From: Flammeovirgaceae bacterium | GTDB taxonomy: Bacteria > Bacteroidota > Bacteroidia > Cytophagales > MED-G16 | Direction of reading: 5' to 3' | NCBI GenBank assembly: GCA_038113315.1 | Contig: JAYNOQ010000001.1 | Location: forward strand, 22,015 to 86,014 | Length of the DNA stretch: 64,000 nt | In this document: piece by piece, positions 1-9,572 of the stretch | Layout of the letters: every line of letters begins with the position of its first letter | How positions within the stretch are numbered: the first letter of the stretch is position 1 | The notes under the pieces: model-generated | The model's input: only the letters and a program-made list of their open reading frames with translations | Told to the model about the DNA's origin: nothing | Database searches by the model: none | Position numbers and translations under genes: made by a program

Positions 1-190
1 TAATAGTTATACCCCTTTCTTTTTCTTCAGGAGCATTATCGATTTGATCAAATTCTCTTTGCTCTGCTAATCCTTTATCAGCTAATACCTTGGTGATTGC
101 AGCAGTTAGAGTAGTTTTACCATGATCAACGTGACCTACAGTCCCAATATTCACATGGGGTTTCGATCTATCAAAGGTTTCTTTTGCCAT
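1..190 (-). CDS. tuf: Elongation factor Tu, N-terminal fragment (gene continues beyond the window start)
   Basis: Reverse-strand translation from 190 reads [63 protein letters not shown], the EF-Tu N-terminus with the GHVDHGKT P-loop. Not in the ORF track because it is truncated. Confidence 0.95.
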   Translation of the reverse strand, partial: MAKETFDRSKPHVNIGTVGHVDHGKTTLTAAITKVLADKGLAEQREFDQIDNAPEEKERGITI

Positions 191-255
191 AATTTTAAAA
201 TTTAACTCAAATTTAACTTAATTAAATAATATTTCAATTATTTATTTTTTTTTCG

Positions 256-327
<72 letters not shown>

Positions 328-332
328 ATTAG

Positions 333-405
333 AGCGGGCGAAGAGATTCGAACCCTCGACCTACAGCTTGGAAGGCTGTCGCTCTACCAACTGAGCTACG
401 CCCGC
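333..405 (-). tRNA. tRNA-Gly (anticodon TCC)
   Basis: Reverse complement is GCGGGCGTAGCTCAGTTGGTAGAGCGACAGCCTTCCAAGCTGTAGGTCGAGGGTTCGAATCTCTTCGCCCGCT. Acceptor stem GCGGGCG/CGCCCGC, anticodon loop CTTCCAA. Confidence 0.9.
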
Positions 406-421
406 TTATTATATTATTAAG

Positions 422-504
422 TGGGGGGAGCAGGATTCGAACCTGCGAAGACATAAGTCAACAGATTTACAGTCTGCCCCATTTGACCGCTTTGGTATCC
501 CCCC
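422..504 (-). tRNA. tRNA-Tyr (anticodon GTA), long variable arm
   Basis: Reverse complement is GGGGGGATACCAAAGCGGTCAAATGGGGCAGACTGTAAATCTGTTGACTTATGTCTTCGCAGGTTCGAATCCTGCTCCCCCCA. Anticodon loop CTGTAAA, with the long extra arm typical of bacterial tRNA-Tyr. Confidence 0.9.
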
Positions 505-547
505 TTCTCAAAACATACAATACTTTGCCAATGAGCTCAAAGGTCAG

Positions 548-577
548 CAAAATTATATTGTTTTTTAATTATTACAA
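548..577 (-). promoter_or_regulatory. Candidate Bacteroidota-type promoter for the tRNA-Tyr/Gly/Thr-tuf unit
   Basis: On the minus strand, TAATTTTG (555..548) matches the TAnnTTTG -7 consensus exactly. A TTG lies at 577..575 (19-nt spacer). The box is 43 nt upstream of the tRNA-Tyr 5' end. Confidence 0.4.
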
Positions 578-665
578 ATTTTTGAATGATAATTAAGTTT
601 TGAAAAAATATCTAAATACGAGACAGTAAAATCACATTTTAATATTTAGATTTATAATTACAATA

Positions 666-1370
666 ATGAAATACAAAAGGATACTATTAAAACTCAGTGG
701 TGAAGCACTAATGGGTGATGGGAATTACGGTATAGATTCTAATTTGTTGGAAAAATATTCCAGCCAAATCAAAAAACTTCACGAGTCAGGGATAGAAATT
801 GCTATTGTCATTGGAGGAGGTAATATTTATAGAGGAATAGAAGCTGAAGAATCAGGAATTAATAGAGTTCAAGGAGATTATATGGGTATGCTAGCAACAT
901 TAATTAATAGCATGGCTTTACAAAGTCATTTAGAAAAATTAGAATGCGATACAAGACTAATGTCAGGATTTAATATTGATCAAGTATGCGAACCTTTTAT
1001 CAGGAGAAGAGCTATTAGACATTTAGAAAAAGGAAGAATAGTAATATTTGGAGCTGGACTTGGTAAACCATATTTTACAACAGATTCAACTGCAAGTCTT
1101 AGAGCTATTGAAATAGAAGCTGATATTGTTTTAAAAGGAACCAGGGTAGATGGAGTTTATGACTTTGATCCAGAAAAAGTAAAAGAGGCGAAAAAATATT
1201 CAGAACTTTCTTTCAAAGAAGCATATGAAAAAAATTTGAATATAATGGACATGACGGCCTTCACACTATGTAAAGAAAATAATTTACCCATAATTGTTTT
1301 TGACATGAACAAGCCTGGCAATCTGATTAAATTAGTTGAAGGAGAAAAAATTGGAACATTAATATATTAA
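666..1370 (+). CDS. pyrH: UMP kinase
   Basis: 234 aa. The KRILLKLSGEAL N-terminus and overall amino-acid-kinase-fold pattern are typical of PyrH. It is followed by frr, as in most bacteria. Confidence 0.95.
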   Translation: MKYKRILLKLSGEALMGDGNYGIDSNLLEKYSSQIKKLHESGIEIAIVIGGGNIYRGIEAEESGINRVQGDYMGMLATLINSMALQSHLEKLECDTRLMSGFNIDQVCEPFIRRRAIRHLEKGRIVIFGAGLGKPYFTTDSTASLRAIEIEADIVLKGTRVDGVYDFDPEKVKEAKKYSELSFKEAYEKNLNIMDMTAFTLCKENNLPIIVFDMNKPGNLIKLVEGEKIGTLIY

Positions 1371-1371
1371 A

Positions 1372-1932
1372 ATGGAAGAACTAGATATGATCATAGATGA
1401 CACAAATGAAAGAATGGATAAATCTATTCAGTTTTTAGTGTCAGAATTAAAAAAAATTAGAGCAGGAAAAGCTATGCCTAGTATGTTAGATGGAATTATG
1501 GTTGAATATTATGGTACCCCTACTCCCCTAATACAAGTTGCATCAATAACAACACCGGATAGTAGAACAATATTCATCAAACCTTGGGAAAAGACTATTA
1601 TTCAAGATATTGAAAAAGCTATTACCAGTAGTGATTTAGGGCTAAACCCACAAAATGATGGTGAAAATATAATCATAAATATCCCCCCGCTTACAGAAGA
1701 AAGAAGAATGATATTAGTTAAACAAATTAAAGGTGAAGGCGAAAAAGGAAAAATCAGCATTAGATCAGTAAGAAAAGAATCTAATGAATTGATGAAAAAA
1801 CTTTCTAACGAAGGAGTATCTGAAGATGCTATTAAAGATGGAGAAAATGAGATTCAAAGAATCACAGATTCAAAAATCAATCGAGTTGATGAAATTATTA
1901 AATCAAAGGAAGAAGAGATAACAACTATTTAG
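1372..1932 (+). CDS. frr: Ribosome recycling factor
   Basis: 186 aa. Contains KIRAGKAMPSMLDGIMVEYYGTPTPLIQVASITTPD, the hallmark RRF sequence. Conserved pyrH-frr pair. Confidence 0.95.
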   Translation: MEELDMIIDDTNERMDKSIQFLVSELKKIRAGKAMPSMLDGIMVEYYGTPTPLIQVASITTPDSRTIFIKPWEKTIIQDIEKAITSSDLGLNPQNDGENIIINIPPLTEERRMILVKQIKGEGEKGKISIRSVRKESNELMKKLSNEGVSEDAIKDGENEIQRITDSKINRVDEIIKSKEEEITTI

Positions 1933-2467
1933 TATAATATTTGTTTAGTAATATATCACTCTCAACATTTTCAGGAACTAAGCCTCTTATACTCAAGTTA
2001 TTTTGGATTTTATTTCTTATCTCAGATGATGAAACATTAAATATTTCAGAAAACTCATATTTATTATTTTCTTTCTCCCTCGGATAAACAATTATTTCAA
2101 AATTATCTTGAATAAATTCATGTTCTTTCCAAGAACTTAGGTTTTCATAATTATCTTGCCCCATAATAATTTTAAATTTTTCCTTTGGAAACTCTTTTAA
2201 TATTTTCTTTAGAGTTTTATAAGTATAATTTGGTTGGGGCATATTAAATTCTATCTTAGAAATAGTAATATTTTTCAAGCTTCTTAATGCAATTTCCATT
2301 AACCTTAATCTAATATTTTTATCTAGTATCGAACTTTTTTCAGGACTTTGAGGAGAAAGTATCATCCAAATATTATCAATTTCGGTTTTTTTAAGAATTT
2401 CTTCGGAAATTTTAATATGTCCATTATGAATTGGATTGAATGAACCAAAATATAAACCAATACTCAT
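1925..2467 (-). CDS. nadD: Nicotinate-nucleotide adenylyltransferase
   Basis: 180 aa. GLYFGSFNPIHNGH nucleotidyltransferase (H/T)xGH motif at the N-terminus. Size is typical of NadD. Confidence 0.85.
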   Translation of the reverse strand: MSIGLYFGSFNPIHNGHIKISEEILKKTEIDNIWMILSPQSPEKSSILDKNIRLRLMEIALRSLKNITISKIEFNMPQPNYTYKTLKKILKEFPKEKFKIIMGQDNYENLSSWKEHEFIQDNFEIIVYPREKENNKYEFSEIFNVSSSEIRNKIQNNLSIRGLVPENVESDILLNKYYTK

Positions 2468-3027
2468 TATTTCAAGAATTTATTAACAATATCTAAAATT
2501 TCTATTTTGGATTTCTCAATATTATCATTCATAATTACAACATCAAATTTTTCCTTTTCTACAGTTTCTGATTTTGCCTTAAGTAACCTCTCTTCAATAT
2601 TTTCCTTGAGATCAGTCCCTCTTTTTTTTAACCTTTTTTCTAAATCTTTAAAAGATGGGACATCAACAAAAATTGATAAAGAATTTTTTCCAAAATATTT
2701 TTTAAGGTTTAAACCTCCAACTACATCTACATCAAATATTATATTTTTCCCATTTGAAACTAACCTATCAATCTCACTTTTAAGGGTTCCTTTATAGTCA
2801 TTATTATATACTTGCTCCCACTCTACAAAATTTTGATTATCTATATTTTTTTTGAATTCATCATTAGAAATGAAATAATAATTTACACCATGAACCTCAT
2901 TTTTTCTCATTGTTCTCGTTGTTGAAGATACTGAAAAAGATAAAGAAGAAATATTTGTAAGTAAATGAGAGGCTAGAGTAGACTTGCCAGAACCAGAGGG
3001 AGCCGAAATGATTATGAATTTAGACAT
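2467..3027 (-). CDS. gmk: Guanylate kinase
   Basis: 186 aa. P-loop SAPSGSGKST, SVSSTTR and the YYF motif region are typical of Gmk. Confidence 0.9.
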   Translation of the reverse strand: MSKFIIISAPSGSGKSTLASHLLTNISSLSFSVSSTTRTMRKNEVHGVNYYFISNDEFKKNIDNQNFVEWEQVYNNDYKGTLKSEIDRLVSNGKNIIFDVDVVGGLNLKKYFGKNSLSIFVDVPSFKDLEKRLKKRGTDLKENIEERLLKAKSETVEKEKFDVVIMNDNIEKSKIEILDIVNKFLK

Positions 3028-3063
3028 TTGTAAAATTAGCCGATTTTAATTAATTGAGAAATA

Positions 3064-3813
3064 TTATAATAACCTAACAGATCCAAAATCAAATTTTTCT
3101 CTATTACCATTAACTTTTATAATAATTCTACCATCATTATCTACATCAACTATTCTTCCTATAAAAACATTTTTATAATTAGCAAAGTTTTGATCTGTAT
3201 TTAGCTTATATAGATTAGCAATGTATTCAAGTTTTAATTCTTCAATATTTTCAGAAATATCTAAGTATCTTTTTTCAATTTCAGCATTCAGTAGATTTCT
3301 AATATGTTTTATATCAGATTCATTTCCACTTTCTTTTAAGATTGATGTTGCGTTTAAATCAAAAAAATTATTTTGATTAATATTTAAGCCAATTCCAATG
3401 ATAACTTGTTTAATTTTTTTATTGAAAATTTGACTTTCTATTAATATTCCAGAAATTTTTTTATCGTTTATATAGATATCATTAGGCCATTTAACCTTTA
3501 CATCTTTTAGATCAAGTTTAGTTAGTGTTTCCTTAATCGCCAGGGATATTATAATATGCAACTTAAACTGATCAGATAATGGAATATCTGGTTTTAATAA
3601 TAAAGAAAAAAGTAAATTTTTACCTCTTTCTGACTCCCAATTATTATTCCTTTGGCCCCTACCACTCAATTGATAGTCAGTCAAAACATATGAACCTTCA
3701 ACTAAATTATTTTTTCTTGATAATTGAGTCAAAAAATCATTTGTTGAAAGACATTCTGACACATAAATATTAGTTTTGTCTTTAAATGATGAGTTGGCAG
3801 ATTTTTTGCGCAT
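3064..3813 (-). CDS. birA: Biotin--[acetyl-CoA-carboxylase] ligase (no N-terminal HTH domain)
   Basis: 249 aa. GRGQRNNNWES matches the GRGRxGRxW biotin-binding loop. KWPNDIY and GIGLN motifs are present. Confidence 0.85.
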   Translation of the reverse strand: MRKKSANSSFKDKTNIYVSECLSTNDFLTQLSRKNNLVEGSYVLTDYQLSGRGQRNNNWESERGKNLLFSLLLKPDIPLSDQFKLHIIISLAIKETLTKLDLKDVKVKWPNDIYINDKKISGILIESQIFNKKIKQVIIGIGLNINQNNFFDLNATSILKESGNESDIKHIRNLLNAEIEKRYLDISENIEELKLEYIANLYKLNTDQNFANYKNVFIGRIVDVDNDGRIIIKVNGNREKFDFGSVRLL

Positions 3814-3841
3814 TGTAAATTAAATATCTTAGCAATATATA

Positions 3842-4216
3842 TTGAAAATAAAAGAAAAAATAAATTCAGATAAACTAAGCGAATTCATAGCAAATTGTAT
3901 GGATGATAAAAAAGCTGAAGATATCAGAATAATTAATTTGAAAGAAATAGATAACTCAGTTACTGATTATTTCGTTCTAGCTACTGGTAATTCAAACATA
4001 CATATAGATGCTATAGCTGACGGGATCCAAGAAAATGTTTACAAAGAATATAATGAGAGACCTTGGAAAAAAGAGGGAATAGAAAATAGAGAGTGGATAT
4101 TAATTGATTTTGTAAATGTTGTCGCACATATATTTGATGAAAATAAAAGAAATTTGTATGAACTTGAAAAATTATGGGGAGACGGAATAATTAAAAATTT
4201 TAATTCTAAAAAATGA
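3842..4216 (+). CDS. rsfS: Ribosome silencing factor RsfS (iojap family), TTG start
   Basis: 124 aa. [20 protein letters not shown] and [14 protein letters not shown] are RsfS signatures. The ORF-track start codon at 3842 is TTG. Confidence 0.85.
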   Translation: MKIKEKINSDKLSEFIANCMDDKKAEDIRIINLKEIDNSVTDYFVLATGNSNIHIDAIADGIQENVYKEYNERPWKKEGIENREWILIDFVNVVAHIFDENKRNLYELEKLWGDGIIKNFNSKK

Positions 4217-6231
4217 AAAAGAAACCAAATAAAAATATTATAAATAATAATAACTTCAATAATCAGATATGGATAGTATTTCTAGTATCTATTTTCATTT
4301 ATCTTTCTTTTGGGTTCTTTTCAACTAAACCAATCACTGTAGACTATAATCGTTTCCAAAAAATGATTAAGAGCCATGATATTTCAAAGATAGTTGTTAT
4401 AAAAAATCAAGAAATTGTAGAAATATCCCTTAAAGAAGAGGCTCTTCTCAATACTACGTATAAAGATGAATTAGAATCATCAAGTTTATTAAGTAATACT
4501 TATGGACCTCATTATAGGTTAGAAGTATCTTCAATTGAATCTTTTGAAAAAAGATATGACGATTTGATAAGTTCGCTTGGTAAAGAAAACACTAATGAGA
4601 TTGAGTATCTAACTGAAAGTCGAACTGATATATATTCTTTTTTACAAACTTGGGGTTTTACAATTTTAATATTAGTTGGTTTTTGGTTTTTATTAAGAAG
4701 GATGTCAACAGGCGGTGGCCCCGGTGGACAAATATTTAATATAAGTAAATCAAAAGCATCACTTTTTGATAAAGAAAGCAAAATAAAATTAACTTTTAAA
4801 GATGTGGCTGGTCTAGAAGAAGCAAAAGAAGAAGTTAAAGAAATTGTAGAATTTTTAAAGAATCCTAAAAAATTTACAAAATTAGGTGGTAAAATTCCAA
4901 AGGGTGCACTTCTAGTAGGATCACCGGGCACAGGTAAGACATTGCTAGCGAAAGCTGTAGCAGGTGAAGCTAACGTACCTTTCTATTCACTTTCTGGATC
5001 AGATTTTGTAGAAATGTTTGTTGGAGTTGGAGCAGCAAGAGTAAGAGATTTATTCAAAAAGGCAAAAGAAAAAGCTCCATGTATAGTATTTATTGATGAA
5101 ATTGATGCAATCGGAAGAAGTAGAGGAAGAGGACAAATGCCTGGATCAAATGATGAAAGAGAAAATACTTTAAATTCATTACTTGTTGAAATGGATGGTT
5201 TTTCTACAGATTCAGGTGTCATTATATTAGCAGCAACTAACAGACCAGATGTTCTTGATTCAGCGTTATTAAGACCTGGTAGATTTGATAGACAGATTTC
5301 TATTGATAAACCTGATCTAAAAGGAAGAGAAGAAATTTTCAAAGTACACATACGACCATTAAAGCTAAATGATGATGTGAATGTAAAAAATCTTGCAGCG
5401 CAAACACCAGGTTTTGCAGGAGCTGAAATAGCTAACGTATGTAATGAATCCGCTCTCATTGCTGCAAGAAAAAACAAAGATTCAATTGAAATGTCTGATT
5501 TTCAAGATGCTATTGATAGAGTAATTGGTGGATTAGAGAAAAAAAATAAAATTATATCTCCAGAAGAAAAGAAAATAGTTGCTTATCATGAAGCTGGTCA
5601 TGCTGTTGCTGGATGGTATTTAGAACATGCTGATCCCCTTGTAAAAGTGAGTATTGTACCTAGAGGTATTGCTGCACTTGGATACGCGCAGTATCTACCA
5701 AAGGAACAGTATTTATATCAAACTGATCAATTACTAGATGAAATGTGTATGGCTCTTGGTGGGAGAGCAGCAGAAGATATAACATTTGGAAAAATTTCCA
5801 CTGGTGCTTTAAGTGATTTAGAAAGAATTACTAAAATGGCATACAGTATAGTTTCTGTTTATGGCATGAACAAAAACATTGGTAATATATCTTTTTATGA
5901 TTCTAAACAATCAGACTACAACTTCACTAAACCATATTCTGATTCAACTGCAGAAAAAATTGATTCAGAAGTTAAAAGAATTGTTGATAGTGCATATGAT
6001 AGAACTAAGAAACTACTTCTTAGCAAAAGAGAACAACTTGAGAAAATTGCTAATAAACTTTTAGAGAAAGAAATTCTATTTCAAAACGACCTTGAAAAAC
6101 TCATTGGAAAAAGACCATTTAAATCAAATCTTGAATTAAGTCAAGAAGAGAATAGTATTCAAGAAACAAAAGAAGAAATCAAAAATAAAAATGAGTTAGA
6201 TGGAAAGAATTCAAATCAAACTAAAAAATAA
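4213..6231 (+). CDS. ftsH: ATP-dependent zinc metalloprotease FtsH
   Basis: 672 aa. Two N-terminal TM segments, AAA Walker A GSPGTGKT, Walker [10 protein letters not shown], zinc motif HEAGHAV. Confidence 0.97.
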   Translation: MKKKPNKNIINNNNFNNQIWIVFLVSIFIYLSFGFFSTKPITVDYNRFQKMIKSHDISKIVVIKNQEIVEISLKEEALLNTTYKDELESSSLLSNTYGPHYRLEVSSIESFEKRYDDLISSLGKENTNEIEYLTESRTDIYSFLQTWGFTILILVGFWFLLRRMSTGGGPGGQIFNISKSKASLFDKESKIKLTFKDVAGLEEAKEEVKEIVEFLKNPKKFTKLGGKIPKGALLVGSPGTGKTLLAKAVAGEANVPFYSLSGSDFVEMFVGVGAARVRDLFKKAKEKAPCIVFIDEIDAIGRSRGRGQMPGSNDERENTLNSLLVEMDGFSTDSGVIILAATNRPDVLDSALLRPGRFDRQISIDKPDLKGREEIFKVHIRPLKLNDDVNVKNLAAQTPGFAGAEIANVCNESALIAARKNKDSIEMSDFQDAIDRVIGGLEKKNKIISPEEKKIVAYHEAGHAVAGWYLEHADPLVKVSIVPRGIAALGYAQYLPKEQYLYQTDQLLDEMCMALGGRAAEDITFGKISTGALSDLERITKMAYSIVSVYGMNKNIGNISFYDSKQSDYNFTKPYSDSTAEKIDSEVKRIVDSAYDRTKKLLLSKREQLEKIANKLLEKEILFQNDLEKLIGKRPFKSNLELSQEENSIQETKEEIKNKNELDGKNSNQTKK

Positions 6232-6949
6232 TAAAAAAGCATATTTTGCAGGTGATTTCCATCTTGGCATTCCTAACGAGAAATCTTCAATGATAAGAGA
6301 GAAGAAGATTATTAAGTGGTTAGATTCAATAGAAAACCATACACAAGAACTTTTTTTAATGGGAGATATTTTTGATTTCTGGTTTGAATATAAATATGTA
6401 GTACCAAAGTATTATTTTAATTTTCTATCGAAAATATCAAATATGATTGATAATGGCATTAATGTACACTTTTTCAAGGGCAATCATGATATGTGGACTC
6501 TTGATTACTTCGAGAATATAGGTTTAAAAGTTTATGATAATCACCAAAGTTTTAAAATAGATAATTCAAATATAATGGTTGGTCATGGTGATGGTTTGGG
6601 TAAAGGAGATAGAGGATATAAAGTCATGAAATCTATATTTAAGAACAGAGCTACACAATTCATGTTTAGAATATTACACCCTGATATAGGTATAAAACTT
6701 GGCACCTATCTATCAAAGTCAAATAAAAATAGAGAAGACAATTCCGAAAAAAATAATAATAGAATTTATAATTTTTGTAAAGATTATAATGATAAGGAAT
6801 CTAATAAAGCATATATTTTTGGTCATTCGCACAAAGTATCTATTAAAAAAATATCGAATTCAAGTACATATTTTAATACTGGAGAATGGTTAAATGAATC
6901 AAGCTATCTCGAATTAGATTCAGATAATTTTAAACTTAAAAAGTTTTAA
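6200..6949 (+). CDS. lpxH: UDP-2,3-diacylglucosamine diphosphatase (LpxH family metallophosphoesterase)
   Basis: 249 aa. Motif series GDFHLG, GDIFDFW, GNHD, GHGD fits the LpxH/calcineurin-like family. I found no alternative in-frame start after the ftsH stop, so the 32-nt overlap with ftsH seems real. Confidence 0.8.
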   Translation: MERIQIKLKNNKKAYFAGDFHLGIPNEKSSMIREKKIIKWLDSIENHTQELFLMGDIFDFWFEYKYVVPKYYFNFLSKISNMIDNGINVHFFKGNHDMWTLDYFENIGLKVYDNHQSFKIDNSNIMVGHGDGLGKGDRGYKVMKSIFKNRATQFMFRILHPDIGIKLGTYLSKSNKNREDNSEKNNNRIYNFCKDYNDKESNKAYIFGHSHKVSIKKISNSSTYFNTGEWLNESSYLELDSDNFKLKKF

Positions 6950-8124
6950 ATCTCAAAGAAAAAACCAATTAAACCTGCTGCTATTATTAAGAATATTGGA
7001 TGAATTTTTGTATTATTTAAAACAACAAATGTCAAAATACATGCTATTATACTATAAAGGCTTATATCAGCTTGTTGCTTAAACATTATAACATAACTTG
7101 AATAACATATCAGACCAATAATGCCTATTTTAAAACCATCTATTATAAGTTTAATGGTACTATTTTTTTTAATAAAGTAGTATACTCTCGAAAAAAAAAT
7201 TATTACTACGGATGAGGGAAGAAAAATAGATAAGGTTGATAAAAAAGCCCCAAGTAAACCATTCATTTTATAGCCAATAAATGTTGCTGTTATTAGAATA
7301 GGACCAGGAGTAATTTGCCCCATAGCAATTGAATCTATAAACTCTCGCTGAGTGAGCCAACCTAATTGCTCCACTATAATTTTATCTAAATAAGGAATAA
7401 AAACATACCCACCTCCAAATAGGGTGAGAGAAATGTTTGCAAAAACTCTAGAAAGATCAAAGTTAATAGTACTTATTGGCGCAGTATTTAAAAACACCAA
7501 AAGAATTGTCATCACTAGGGAAGCTATTATAATTCCTTTTACCCTAATAAATGCCTTTTTTGGATTTGAAATTTTTTTAATCTTATCACCATTATAAAGG
7601 AGATTAAGACCACCACAAACTAAAAGGGGTAATATGATTGAAATATAACCTTTAATCGATGATGTTAGTATGAAACTAAGAATTGATAAAAGAATCGCTA
7701 AGTTCTTATCTTTAGAGTCCTTATAAAAACCATAAGCAACTGAAAAAATAACAGCAGCAACAACAGGCATCACACCATTAAAAAAAGATGAAAAACCTGG
7801 AATATTCTTAGAGTTAATATACAGGTGAGTAAAGATTACCATTATAAAGAAGGAGGGTAATAAAACAGCAACAAAAGACACTACGGCTCCCTTCCATCCT
7901 TTCAAAATGAAACCAATATAAGAAGCAACGTTTATAGCCATAGGGCCAGGTAGGAAACTGGCCATTGTTATTGCATCAATTATTTTCTTTTTCTTTATTA
8001 TTTTTTTTCTAATAGAAAACTCATACCTAATCATTGATATTAACATCATATAACCACCAAAGGATATTGTGCCAGTCTTCAAAAAAGTTAAAAAAAGGCT
8101 GAAATAAGATATATTTTTTTTCAT
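6946..8124 (-). CDS. chrA: Chromate transporter family protein (duplicated CHR domain)
   Basis: 392 aa polytopic membrane protein. FGGYMMLISMI and FGGGYVFIPYL motifs occur in the two halves, the typical ChrA repeat signature. Confidence 0.8.
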   Translation of the reverse strand: MKKNISYFSLFLTFLKTGTISFGGYMMLISMIRYEFSIRKKIIKKKKIIDAITMASFLPGPMAINVASYIGFILKGWKGAVVSFVAVLLPSFFIMVIFTHLYINSKNIPGFSSFFNGVMPVVAAVIFSVAYGFYKDSKDKNLAILLSILSFILTSSIKGYISIILPLLVCGGLNLLYNGDKIKKISNPKKAFIRVKGIIIASLVMTILLVFLNTAPISTINFDLSRVFANISLTLFGGGYVFIPYLDKIIVEQLGWLTQREFIDSIAMGQITPGPILITATFIGYKMNGLLGAFLSTLSIFLPSSVVIIFFSRVYYFIKKNSTIKLIIDGFKIGIIGLICYSSYVIMFKQQADISLYSIIACILTFVVLNNTKIHPIFLIIAAGLIGFFFEI

Positions 8125-8150
8125 AACTTACGGTAAAGTATAAGTAAATT

Positions 8151-8525
8151 ATGAAAAAGGTATTAATAATTTCAGTAATATTTATTATTTCATCTTGTAC
8201 CAGTGAAATTGATCTAAGAGGAGATTGGAAAGCAACTCATTTAGTTATTAATAATGAAGATTCAGTAGGAGTACCTTCTTTTCCTCTAACTTATTTCAAA
8301 TCAGATAGCTTAGTTATATATTTTGAGAGATTAATGAGGTACAGTATATCTGGTGATAGTATAATATTCATCAATGAAAGTAATCCTAGGGATACTGTAT
8401 TAAAATATAAAATAGAAATAATTAATGAAGATAATTTAATATTTTACTATTCTAGAAAAGTTACAGACTCAACAAATAATATAATAAATATTCCTTATCA
8501 TAGTTTCTGGGAAAGAAAAAAATAA
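8151..8525 (+). CDS. Small lipoprotein of unknown function
   Basis: 124 aa. Signal peptide ending in the lipobox ISSC. No family recognised by eye. Confidence 0.5.
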   Translation: MKKVLIISVIFIISSCTSEIDLRGDWKATHLVINNEDSVGVPSFPLTYFKSDSLVIYFERLMRYSISGDSIIFINESNPRDTVLKYKIEIINEDNLIFYYSRKVTDSTNNIINIPYHSFWERKK

Positions 8526-8536
8526 ATTCTTTTAAC

Positions 8537-8574
8537 AAAAAAAAAGGGTAATCATATGATTACCCCTTTTTTTC
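8537..8574. terminator. Bidirectional intrinsic terminator
   Basis: A perfect 20-nt palindrome GGGTAATCATATGATTACCC (8546..8565) is preceded by an A-run and followed by a T-run. It sits between the convergent genes ending at 8525 (+) and 8603 (-). Confidence 0.75.
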
Positions 8575-8602
8575 TTGTATTATTTTCTAATACATATTTA
8601 GA

Positions 8603-9553
8603 CTAATTAGTTAATGCTGGCCAAGTAGATCCGTCTGCATACCTCATCTCAGCTCTTCCAGCCTCACCGTAAGTATTGGCCCAATCGTAAGTAAAGATTT
8701 TACCATCTGAACTTACAGAAGCTGATCCAGGAAGCATTGACCATCCCTCAGCATAATTATCTGATCCACTAATACTCATTACATTACAAGCATCTGTGAA
8801 TGCAGGACCTTGAGCAGATGTTATTGAATAACCAATAAAAGCCCATGCCCCAGCAGTCATATCATTCTTTAATGTATAAACATTATCAGCAGATCCAACT
8901 TTTACAAGTTCGTCCTGGTGTCCAGTTACAGAGTATACCCACCATGATATATCAGAAAGACCTGCGTCTTCTGAGTCAACAATGACAGCACCCTCTAAAC
9001 TTGAAGGACAAACAATATAAACATTTAATCTAAATAGAGCAGCAAATGCATTAGATGACTGTAAGTTTGGTCCAGTATTATTGTAATCAAAAACACGACC
9101 ATCATTCATCGTGATTGTAAACCAATATCTGAAATAACTTCCACCATCAACGTCAGCCTGAGTAATACCCAAGGCAGACATAGCAGCATCAAATCCAAGA
9201 TTAATATCAGAACTAAGATATCCGTCTGCGTTTGTAACAAACTCAGAAGAAGAAATAGTTTTGAAATCTTTTCTGGCAACACTCTTTGCACCTCCACTAA
9301 TCATGTCAACATACTCAACATCAATATCGTACTGAGCAATGCCAGTACCATTATTAGCATCATAGTACTCTACATGTAAATCTATTGCTGAAGACCCAAT
9401 ATCGAAGTAGTTATACTCACCAGTTTGAGTCATCTTTCTAGCATATGCGCCATATTCCATATCATCGAATAATTCAACAGGTAAATCTGGATCACTACAT
9501 GATACTGCAAAAACAGCTAAAAACGCTATAAATGATTTTTTTAAATATTTCAT
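8603..9553 (-). CDS. Surface lipoprotein of unknown function encoded downstream of SusC/SusD
   Basis: 316 aa. Signal peptide plus lipobox (AVSC), followed by the acidic SDPDLP stretch expected of Bacteroidota surface-exported lipoproteins. It lies 19 nt downstream of the SusD-like gene. Composition is Gly/Ala/Asp/Ser-rich, unlike the flanking genes. Confidence 0.6.
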   Translation of the reverse strand: MKYLKKSFIAFLAVFAVSCSDPDLPVELFDDMEYGAYARKMTQTGEYNYFDIGSSAIDLHVEYYDANNGTGIAQYDIDVEYVDMISGGAKSVARKDFKTISSSEFVTNADGYLSSDINLGFDAAMSALGITQADVDGGSYFRYWFTITMNDGRVFDYNNTGPNLQSSNAFAALFRLNVYIVCPSSLEGAVIVDSEDAGLSDISWWVYSVTGHQDELVKVGSADNVYTLKNDMTAGAWAFIGYSITSAQGPAFTDACNVMSISGSDNYAEGWSMLPGSASVSSDGKIFTYDWANTYGEAGRAEMRYADGSTWPALTN

Positions 9554-9572
9554 AATTAATAAAATTTAAAAA

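Noticed and set aside
2507-2797. Antisense ORF inside gmk, and similar short ORF-track entries nested in known genes
   Set aside because: All are nested antisense or out-of-frame within confidently identified genes, encode low-complexity peptides and lack independent signals. I treat them as frame shadows in AT-rich or biased sequence. The similar entries are 3579..3773, 5879..6064, 6699..6893, 9106..9297, 10070..10267, 18020..18214, 19678..19899, 22996..23220, 23934..24164, 25029..25289, 27386..27646, 28697..28894, 29882..30067, 32687..32902, 34193..34686, 34843..35079, 35394..35597, 38695..38895, 39615..39815, 42055..42291, 43319..43567, 44053..44253, 45880..46143, 47254..47448, 55900..56103, 56921..57292, 61236..61502, 62810..63031 and 63580..63846.
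4512-5477. Two long antisense ORFs (4512..4931 and 4983..5477, minus strand) inside ftsH
   Set aside because: They lie fully within the strongly conserved FtsH AAA/protease coding frame. They have low-complexity Ser/Pro/Leu-rich translations typical of shadow frames, and no start context or motif of their own.
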